Assembly: GCF_009914755.1 (NCBI RefSeq)
Contig: NC_060930.1
DNA length: 64,000 bases
Origin: the human T2T-CHM13v2.0 reference genome, Homo sapiens
Direction: 5' to 3' (one strand)
Part shown: positions 1 through 11,741 of the stretch, one piece after another
Position numbering within the stretch: the stretch's first letter is position 1
Layout: the number at the start of each line of letters is the position of its first letter
The notes under the pieces: generated by a model
The model's database searches: none
What the model was told of the DNA's origin: nothing
The model's input: only the letters and a program-made list of their open reading frames with translations
Program-made: the position numbers and the translations under genes

Positions 1-419
1 AAAGTAGTTTCTTCCTTCTAATATTATATTATTAAACCTGGAGTCAACGCAGTGAAATTTTTTACCCTGTCCTTCAAAGCTCTCCCTCTGAAGGAATGCA
101 TCCAGCGATCCCTACGAGTACAAGAGAGTCTTAGCACTCATTCATCCATCAGCTGTTTACTGAGCACCTGCTGTATGCCCTGCACTGTTGGAGGTGCTTG
201 GGATACCTCAGTTAAACGAAAGAAGGATTCTGCCCTTATGGAGCTCACATGGGGTGGAAGGGGAGCAGAAGAGAGATCAGAACTCTAAACAACAAACATA
301 ATATCTAAGCAAATAAGTATGTGAGAGATGCTGAGTGCAATATGGAAAAAAGGTAGAAGCAGGAGAGGATCCGGGCCAGAGGGAAGGGGCAAGATGCAGC
401 ATCAACAGTGTGACCAGGC

Positions 420-918
420 ATATTCCTCTGCTAGGGCTGCCATAGCAAAGTACCACAGACTGGGTGGCCTGAACAACAGACATTTCTCATTTTACCGCTC
501 TGGAGGGTAGAAATCCCAGATCGAGGTGTTGTCAGAGTTGGTTTCTTCTAAGGCCTCTCATTGGCTTGCAGAGAGCTCAGTTTTTGTCTTTGTATCTCAT
601 CAGACCTCAATTTTAGACTCATGGAGTCTGAGATGTCTGTTCACGCCCAAGTGAGGATGTAAAGTAAGCAGTTGGTTATATGAATGAATCTTCCCTGTGT
701 GTCTCCACATGGTCTTTCCTCTGTGTGTATATGTGTCCTAATCTCTTCTTCTTTTAAAAACAGGAGTCAGATTGGATTGGGGCCCACCAGAATGACCTCA
801 TCATAACTTAATTCCCTTTTTAAAGACCCTATTTCCAAATGCACTCACATTCTGAGATACTGGGGGGTTAGGACTTCGACATGTCAATTTTGCCAGGAGC
901 ACCATTCAGCCCGTAACA
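420..918 (-). mobile_element. MLT1B/C-type MaLR LTR with an internal 117-nt insertion
   Basis: agggctgccatagcaaagtaccacagactgggtggc...cattcagcccgtaaca. Confidence 0.8.
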
Positions 919-969
919 TCAGGGTAGGTCTCATTGAGGACATGAGATACAAAGACCAAAGGAGGTAAG

Positions 970-1607
970 TGTGTCCGGAGTTGGTTCCTGCCGGTAGGTT
1001 TGTGGCCTCGCTGACTTCAAAAATGGAGCCGCGGACCTTTGCAGTGAGTGTTACAGCTCTTAAAGATGGCATGGACCCAAAGAATGAGTGGTAGCAACAT
1101 TTATTGTGAAGAGCAAAAGAAGAAAGCTTCCACAGCGCGGAAGGGGACCCGAGTGGGTTGTCGCTGCTGGGTGGGTGGGGCGTGGTGGCCAGCTTTTTAT
1201 TCCCTTATTTATCCCTTCCAGTGTTCCGTTTCTGTCCCATCAGAATGCCTTTTTTTCAATCCTCCCTGCGATTGGCTACTTTTAGGATCCTGCTGATTGG
1301 TGTGTTTTACAGAGCGCTGATTGGTGCATTTTACAGAGCGTTGATTGGTGTATTTTACAATCCTCTTGCTAGCTACAGAGCGCTGATTGGTGTGTTTTTT
1401 ACAGAGCACTGATTGGTGCATTTTACAATCTCCTTGGTAGCTCCAGATCGCTGATTGGTGCATTTTACAGTCCTCTTGCTAGCTACAGGGTGCTGATTGG
1501 TGTGTTTTACAGGGCGCTCGTTGGTGCATTTTACAATCCTCTTGTAAGACAGAAAAGTTCTCCAAGTCCCCACTCGACCCAGGAAGTCCAGCTGGCTTCA
1601 CCTCTCA
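970..1607 (-). mobile_element. Solo LTR12-family (ERV9; LTR12F-like) LTR
   Basis: TG...CA termini; 4-bp TSD TAAG at 966-969 and 1608-1611; tandem gctgattggtg..tttaca repeats. Confidence 0.9.
1268..1530 (-). promoter_or_regulatory. Array of about 8 CCAAT (NF-Y) boxes in the LTR12 U3 region
   Basis: ATTGG repeated on the + strand at roughly 23-43 bp spacing. Confidence 0.7.
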
Positions 1608-2631
1608 TAAGGACATTCAGCTAGAGCCAAAGTAGAAGCATGGCTGACACATTTGCAGAACAGCAAGGAGGCCCGTGTGGACTGAGCAAAGGGGAAGAGT
1701 TGTATCAGAGGAGGTCATAGGGAGAAGGGGAAGAGTGGGTGGAACATGTAGGACCTGTGAGTTATTCTAAGGACTTGGTTTTTACTTTGAGTAAAGAGGG
1801 GGCTGTGTCAGGGTTTTAAGCAGAGATATGATCTGATTTACATTTTGAAAGGCCACTCTAACCACAGTGCTGAGAATAGATGAAGAGTGGTGGAAGCAGA
1901 GAGACAGGTTAGGAGGTTGTTGCACGGATTTAGGTGGGAGGCCACGGTGGCTTGAACCAGGGTGGTAGCAGTGGACAAGGTGAAGAGTTATCCCATAAAG
2001 GATGTATTTTGAAGGTAGAGCCCACTGGATTTTCTGATGGATCATTATATAGAAAGTAGGTGAAGGAGAGGGGTTAGTGATGACTCCAGGGCTTTTGGCC
2101 TGAGCAATTGGAAGGATGAGGATAGCTGAATTGAACAGCATTAGGGTGAGATATCAAGAGTTCAGTTTTAGACTTATTGAGTTTGAGATGTCGGTTCACA
2201 CCCAAGAGAGGATGTAAAGTAAGCAGTTGGGTGTATGAGTCTGAGGTTTGAGAGCGAACCCTAGGCTAGAAATATAAATGTGAAATTCATACCTGTGTGT
2301 ACTGCATACATACTTACAGCTATGGAAATGGTGAGATCACAGGAAAGGAGTGGACCAGGGCCTGAGCCCTGGTTCCCCTAGCATCATTCTGGAGTCCCAC
2401 AAGGCCCCACGAAGATCAAGGCTGCCATACAATGGTGTTACACTGCAGGGGTCTGGAAAGCCTTCTAGTCTGTCAGTGATTGTTTGGCAGCTGCAGGGCG
2501 GGTGTTGGGACCTCTTGCTGACACTAGCAGCATTATCCTGTGTTCAGATCACACCGCCCATCCTAATGTCTGTGCCCCTTGAACATTACAGTGATGTCAG
2601 CTTCCATCTTACAAGGGCTAGGATCTTCTCA

Positions 2632-3280
<649 letters not shown>

Positions 3281-3365
3281 AATGAAGGTTTTTCTTGGCT
3301 TTGAATACACCTGTGCAGATGTGGGAAGCTACAGCCTGAGCAGCGCTCTCTTTAGAGTGCCTTGA

Positions 3366-4090
<725 letters not shown>

Positions 4091-4478
4091 TAATATTGTT
4101 AATAATCCAATGTATCCCTTTATCTGTTTTTTGTTCATTGGAATTTTTTAAATTATGGCAAAATATGCATAACATAACATTTACCATTTTAACCATTTTT
4201 AAGTGTACATTTCAGTGGTATTAAGTGCATTCATGTTGTTGTGCCTGGGCCCTCTTCTTAAGTGTGTAAAACCCTTTCTTATGCCTCATGCATGCCCCAG
4301 TCCATATGTCAGTCTCTGGGACAAATCCAGGTTGCCAGTGAGCCACTATAATAGGGAACAATACTTGAAGACACTATGCTGAGTGAAATAAGCCAGTCAC
4401 AAAAGGGCAAATGCTGTATGATTCTACTTAATATGAGGTACCTAGAGTTGTCAAATTCATAGAGACAGAAAGTAGAAT

Positions 4479-4627
4479 GGTCCAGGCATGGTGGCTCATG
4501 ATTGTAATCTCAGCACTTTGGGAGGCCAAGGCAGGAGGATCGCTTAAAGCCAGGAGTCTGAGGTTGCAGTGAGCTATGATTGCGCCACTGCACTCCAGCC
4601 TGGGCATCAGATCAAGACCGTATCTAA

Positions 4628-4665
<38 letters not shown>
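4479..4665 (+). mobile_element. Alu monomer or deleted Alu with an (AAT)n tail, next to L1M fragments at 4140-4480
   Basis: Alu 5' motif and (AAT) x about 13. Confidence 0.75.
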
Positions 4666-4666
<1 letters not shown>

Positions 4667-4839
4667 GTAGGGAACTATATACCTTTGTATGGTAAAATTA
4701 AAGTTGTTCTTATTTACCATAAGCAATAATAGCTGTTTCCACAAAACTTATTTTATCTTTTATAATTTATGACGCAGTATACCTCTTTAGATGCAACTTG
4801 AAATTGGATCTCTATTACTCATCAAAGAAGGGTCAGTTA

Positions 4840-5695
4840 GCATGAGCAATATAGTGAGACCTTGTCTGTACAAAAAAAATTTTTTTTTAATTAGCTGAGC
4901 ATGATCATCCTGTAGATCCTGTTAGCATGAAAAGTCTGTATGGCATGACAACAACGACTTTAAGGGGAAGATAAGATTTCTTTCTACTTCTAAGTGATGC
5001 TGTGATACCTTAAGCACTAAGGCAGAGCTAGTAATGCTTTTTTAGTTTCACAGATCAAAGTAATCTTATTTTAACAGATCAAGGTAAAATGCTTATTTTA
5101 ACAGATCAAGGTAATCGTTGTAAGATGTATATAACATGATGTTAACTTGGTAGTCTAAGTGTTTAGCTATCAAGCCGGATTCCTTAGTAGACCAAATCTT
5201 GTTATCGAAGTGTTCTTGAGCTATACCCTTGATGTTTAGAAAAAAAGTATTTGTTACCTCTTGTAGGGTCTGCTTTTTGAACTTTTCTTCCCCTGTAGTT
5301 GCCAATTCTGCATGTACTAGTCCTCTAGAAATAGGTTAAACTGAATCAACTTGATGGAAGGAACTCTCCACAGGGCTTGTTTTCCAAAGAAAAGTATAGT
5401 TTGGAGAAGCAAAGTTACAAGCCTACCTAAGCATATCATAAAGCTGTTCAGAAATAACTCAGAGCCAGTCTCGTGGATGGAAATGTAGTGCCTGAGTCAC
5501 ATTCTGCTTAAAGTTGTAACAGACACAGAGGAGTTAAAAAAATAGCTGAGCGTGATGATGTGTGCCTGTGGTCCCAGCTACTCAGTAGTAGGCTGAGCTG
5601 GGGGGATCACTTGAACCAAGGAAGCAGAGGTTGCAGTGAGGTATGATCACACCACTGCACTTCAGCCTGGGTGACAGAACAAAACCCTGTCTCTT
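4840..5695 (+). mobile_element. AluJ fragment split by the HSP90AA1 retrocopy
   Basis: Alu left-arm end and linker at 4840-4905; right arm resumes at 5543. Confidence 0.75.
4930..5542 (+). pseudogene. 5'-truncated processed retrocopy of the HSP90AA1 3' UTR, with no CDS
   Basis: Collinear with the HSP90AA1 3'UTR as I recall it (aaaagtctgtatggcatgacaac...ctgcatgtactagtcctctagaaataggttaaactgaa...gtcacattctgcttaaagttgtaac); A tail at 5536-5542; TSD tagctgagc(a/g)tgat at 4892-4905 and 5543-5556. Confidence 0.85.
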
Positions 5696-5816
5696 TTTTA
5701 AAATTTTTTTAAATTTTTGATTTTTTTTATTTGTGTGCTTTTCATTGTCCAAACCCAGACCCTGTCTCAAAAACAAACAATCAAAAAAAACAGAAGGTCA
5801 ATGTATGTTTCCCCAA

Positions 5817-5858
5817 GCATCTTACTCAGGGTTGTCCAGAAAAATAGAACCAATGTTT

Positions 5859-5892
<34 letters not shown>

Positions 5893-6389
5893 GGTGTATA
5901 TATATATGTGTGTGTGTGTATATATATATGTGTATGTGTGTATATATATAATCATAGATATGTAGGAATATAGGAAGAGACTTCTTATAAAGGACTGGCT
6001 CATGTGACTGTGGATGCTAAGAAGTCCCACCCTCTGCTGTCTGCAAGCTGGAGACCTAAGAAAGCTGATATGTCCAGTCTGAGTTCCAGACTGGGTCCAA
6101 AGTCCTGAGTACCAGGAATGACAATGTCTGGTGTCTGACAACAGGAGGAAATGGATGTCCTAGCTCATGCAGAGAGTGAATTTGCTCTTCCTCTGCCACT
6201 TTGTTCTTTTCAGGTTCTCAGCAGATTGGATGATACCCACCTGAATTTGTGAAGGCAAATCTTCTTTATTCAGTCTACTGATTCAAATGCTAATCTCTTC
6301 CGAAAACACTCACGGACATACCCAGAAATGATGTTTTACCAGCTATCTGGGTCTCCCAGTCAAATTTACACATAAAATTAACCATTACA
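5817..6389 (-). mobile_element. MLT2-family (ERVL) LTR containing a (TA)n(TG)n microsatellite at 5858-5950
   Basis: tcagggttgtccagaaaaatagaaccaat...acacataaaattaaccattaca. Confidence 0.8.
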
Positions 6390-6444
6390 ACCAAGGAGAA
6401 TGAGACCATACAGCTAATATTTTAGGATATTGAATTTTATTTAG

Positions 6445-6681
<237 letters not shown>

Positions 6682-7241
6682 TAGCTGAAGAATATGTGAT
6701 TCCTTCTCTACTGATCAAATACCAAATCATTATTGTGCCAGGGTACTTAGATTTGCTAAAATAATATTTGTATGTTCTAGTTTATTCTTTAATAGTATCC
6801 AAAAATAGATTTTGTTTGCAACTATATGAATAACTGCTGTTTCACCATTCTGATTTTTTTCCATGTTACTGTTTTGGTTGTTTTTTTTTTTAAACTTGTT
6901 TTTGTACATTTTTTAATGTACCAATACTTCTTCCATAGATATAATAAATTATTTCATATCGTGGTTACAATACTTAGAAGATATTGAAAGGAGGAAAAAA
7001 TTAGATGTTTCCTAATTTGTAAACATATTGAGAATGCAATGACTTGTGGTTTAGGGTGATACATTCATCATTGTAATTCTGCTTTTTAAAACTCACACCA
7101 AAGTCAGAAATTTTCCCCACTCTATGGGTATCGTTATAGGAGACTTTTCTACTCTTGTTGCATCTTGAAGAATTTAGGAACACAGAGCCATGCTTTTATT
7201 ATTAGAAGGTAATACGTGGGTTCTTTTCTGATTTAATTTAG

Positions 7242-7454
<213 letters not shown>

Positions 7455-8084
7455 TAGGGAGTTGGGAAACAATTCATTCTTCCTCGTGAGCAGGTGTGCT
7501 CATCCTGTTAGTTTTGTCACCTGTTCCTGGTTTCCTGATGCTTTTGCTGGATGTGGAAGTGTGTTTCCTAGTCCTCTGTGATGATGTTAGGTGTGGTGGC
7601 AGTGAGTGGAATTATGCATTTCTAATGCCTGCAAAAGTGGGATGAGCCGCAGGAGGACCCAGGGGCTCTTCTGACTTGGCATGGAGGCTTCTTCCTGGCA
7701 TTGCCTAGCACCTCTGAAAAGATCTTCCAGTATTTATCATTTTTAAAAAGACTTAAGATATGATACATTTTTAAACTTGCCATAGTTTGGAAAAAAGTGT
7801 TATGCTTAATTGATGGTTATCATCAATAACAAAGCATTTGTGGACCCACTAGCAGGCACTGGGCCAGGTTCTAGAGGTAAAAAGGCTAAGAAATAAGGTA
7901 TCACATCTGCCTGGATGGGGCTGCAGTATATTTGTGGAACGCCCAGCTTTCCTTCTGGGTCCTGCCTTCTACTAGGTCCCATATTAACCTCTCTCCTGTA
8001 TCTGTCAGCTGGTCTCGAGACGTCTGTGTTTTTCCTGCTCAGCATAGTTACAGACAGAATCCCCCTGATTGCCTAGACTGGCTA

Positions 8085-8250
8085 GGTTTGACTTGAAGGT
8101 CACTATTTACTAAATGTGCAACCTTGGCCAAATTACTTAACTGCACTGTCTCCGTTTTCTTGAACTTGCAAATGAGGTTAATATCAACCTCATTGGGTTG
8201 TGATAAGGATTTAATTAATTTTAATTTTGAAGTACTTAGAAAAATACCTG
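8085..8250 (+). mobile_element. MIR
   Basis: Core-like accttggccaaattacttaac...gggttgtgataaggatt. Confidence 0.6.
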
Positions 8251-8394
8251 ATACAGAGTAAGTACTATATAATAGAGTTTTTCAAAATAAAATAAAATAC
8301 TGTTATTATAGGTATATGTATAGGCATTTATAAATATGTATGTGGAAGGAATAATAAATCATCTGCCATTTTCAAAACCATTGCTAATACTTAC

Positions 8395-8610
8395 TCCCAT
8401 GGGCCTCAGGCCAAATCCAGCCCACTGCCTATGTTTGTAAATAAAGTTTTATTGGGACACAGCCACACCCATTCATACACCTACTATCTGTGGCTGTTTT
8501 CACAATACAGCTGCAGAGTTGAGTAATTGCCATAGAAACCATACATTCTACAAAGCCTAAAAAATTTACGATCTGGCCCTTCACAGAAAAAGTTGGCTGA
8601 CCCCTGGTCT
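8395..8610 (-). mobile_element. MER58A (hAT-Charlie)
   Basis: ggccaaatccagcccactgcc...aataaagttttattgg...aaaagttggctgacccctg. Confidence 0.8.
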
Positions 8611-8841
8611 AACTAATTTTTTACTGTGTTAAATTCTAAAAATATTTCCTGTCTTCAAGAGCCTTTATCTCAGAGTCCCTCAAGTTGGCGGGGGGGTCAG
8701 GTGTTCTGAGAGCTCACCTGTGCAGCCAAACGGGTTTGTCAATCAGTTGTGCAATGAAATTTGTTCACTGACTTCCCAACATGCCTTCCTTTGCACTAAG
8801 GAGGTGGTCCTTCCTCTCACATACTTCCTCTGCTCTTCTAA

Positions 8842-9012
<171 letters not shown>

Positions 9013-9657
9013 TGATGTTTATCTGGGACAGAAAGAAGCAATTTTGGAGCCTACTTCTTTGCTTACGCCTCCTGATGCATGGTGTTGTGTATTAATCTAC
9101 TGGTGATTACTTTAAGTCAGCTGTAGCTCTTTTGGGAAAAAAATGGATGAGGGATCTTCTGACATCTGCAGGCCATATGTTTTCAGCCTACTGTAAAATG
9201 GTATCTATCCATCATCTTCATAAACTAGGCACTTAAACATGGGTGTTTCTCACATTTAGGAAACTTCTTATTTCCCATTCCCATTCCCAGTTCAATCTGC
9301 ATTCCATTAGATCTTATTCTTTTGTTTGAAAACCTCAAGTGGCCTCTTGTGTCACTCACTCAGAGTAAAGTCCAGATTCCTTAGTGGCTTTCAAGGTCCT
9401 ATAAGATGTCACTTCCCACCCCCCCAGTATGTCTCTGACTTCGTCCATCACACTGGAACCCCTCACTCTTCATTCATCTGCTTGGACCACTCTGGCCCCT
9501 GCCGCTTTCCAGACCCCGCCAGCCTTGCCCTCCACTCAAACTTTATACTTTCCCTCTGTCTGGAGCAGTCTCCCCCAGATACCCCTATAACTTGCTTCTT
9601 CACGTCTTCACTCAAATTCCTCTCTCCCAGGGAGGCCTTCCATGGCCACCCTGTCTA

Positions 9658-9962
<305 letters not shown>

Positions 9963-10225
9963 TCACAACCTCACACTCTGATCCTCCTGATCCCCTCCTC
10001 TGCTTTGCTTTTTCCCCCAGAACACCTAAAACTACCTACCCTATCACTATTTGTAGGCCTTTTCAGTGGGCAGGGCTAGGAGATATACATATATGTGTAC
10101 ACATGTGTACACACACAATAAAATGCTGCAGAAATTCCTATAGAAACTTCGAATTCAAATTCAGTCCTATAGAGTTTTTACTTAATTTATTTTATATTAT
10201 ATCTGCACCTCCTTCTTTCCTGGTT

Positions 10226-10227
<2 letters not shown>

Positions 10228-10268
<41 letters not shown>

Positions 10269-10544
10269 AGACAGTCTCACTCTGTCACCCAGGCTGGAGT
10301 GCAGGGGCGCAATCTTGGCTCACTGCAACCTCTGCCTCCCAGGTTCAAGCAATTTTCTGCCTCAGCCTCCCGAGTAGCTGGGATTACAGATGCCCGTCAC
10401 CACACCCAGCTAATTTTTGTATTTTTTGGAGAGACTGGGTTTCACCATCTTGGCCAGACTGGTCTTGAACTCCTGACCTCGTGATCCACCCGCCTCGGCC
10501 TCCCAAAGTGCTGGGATTACAGGCATGAGCCACCACGCTCGGCC
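10228..10544 (-). mobile_element. AluS with an uninterrupted T40 tail
   Basis: TSD tctttcctggtt. Confidence 0.85.
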
Positions 10545-10719
10545 TCTTTCCTGGTTTCTAAAGACTCAGGAAATGACTGAATTAATATTCTGTATGTACT
10601 CATTATACAGAACAACAGCTTCTGAATATCAATTTTATTTGTTTTAAATATTAATTTTAATATCACCAATGTGCCTATTGAAAATGGTTTACTTTTTTGG
10701 TATTTTCTCTTTCCATTCT

Positions 10720-11030
10720 CATTTTTAGTAATAAACTTTTATTTTAGAATAGTTTTACATTTACAGAAAAATTGCATAGATGGGCTATTTCCCACATACC
10801 CCACATTCAATTTCTCCTACTACTAGCAGCTTACATTAGTATAGTATATTTGTTACAATTAATGAATCAATAGTGATACGTTGTTATTAACTAAAGTCCA
10901 TACTTTAAAATCCATTCTCAGATTTTAGTCTGTACCTAGTCTCCTTTTTCTGTTTCAGGATCTGGTCCAGGATATCCCATTACATTTAGTTGCCTTGTCT
11001 CCTTAATCCCTCTTGGCTATGAACATTTGT
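10720..11030 (-). mobile_element. L1MC/MD-type 3' end fragment
   Basis: ttttagaatagttttacatttacagaaaaattgc...taactaaagtccatac. Confidence 0.65.
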
Positions 11031-11741
11031 CTGTATTTTAAAATAGTTATACTGTATCTGTGTTGCCAAAACTACAACCATTACATGCTCTACTCTCTCC
11101 AGTTTAACCCTCCTTTAGACTTAGTTGAACAAGCAGTTGTATGTTTATGCTTACCACCAGTGCTTATGTTAATGTCTCTCTGGACATTTGGTGATCCGAA
11201 CCTCAGTCTGTAGTAGATTCCTTAGGAATATTTTCCCTTCTTAAATGTTGACAGTAGTCTGGGCCTATCGTGCTTATAAATCAGTTTTGCTAGGTATAAA
11301 ATCCTTGGCTCACATTTTTTTTTTTTACTTGATTATCTTAAATGTATTCTCTATTTTCTTCTGATATAAAGCATTGCTCTTGAAAATTCAGATGGTAACC
11401 TAAGTTTCTTGCCCTTATAAGTCAACTTTTTTTTTTACCTAGATACACAAAAGTGTTTGGTTTGGTTTTTTTCCCCCTTTATCTTTAAAGACCAATAATG
11501 TCACTAGAATATGTCTTTGTGATGATTACTTTGAGTCCATACTCTAGGTATGCAGTGTGCTCTTTCAGTATGTAGTTTCCAGACTTTTTGTTTTATATCT
11601 CTATAAAGTTTTCAGGATTTGTTCCTCACCATTGGTTTGGTTTTACTCCCTTAGGAACTCCTGATATCCATGAGTTGAATCTTTTTTGTCACTTTCTCTT
11701 GTATCTTTTTCATCTTTTCCCTAATTTTTAAAATTATCTTT

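Larger units (their letters stand above)
130..2350 (-). mobile_element. Fragmented L2 interrupted by MLT1 and LTR12
   Basis: L2 3'-end motif (cattcatcc...tttactgagcacctgctgtatgcc) and purine-rich L2 body at 1610-2350. Confidence 0.65.

Noticed and set aside
1268-1545. Spaced direct repeats resembling a CRISPR array
   Set aside because: These are LTR12 U3 tandem CCAAT repeats; the spacers are not unique, there are no cas genes and the context is eukaryotic
4930-5542. Possible NUMT (mitochondrial rRNA-like AT-rich segment)
   Set aside because: It matches my recollection of the HSP90AA1 3'UTR better and has TPRT hallmarks
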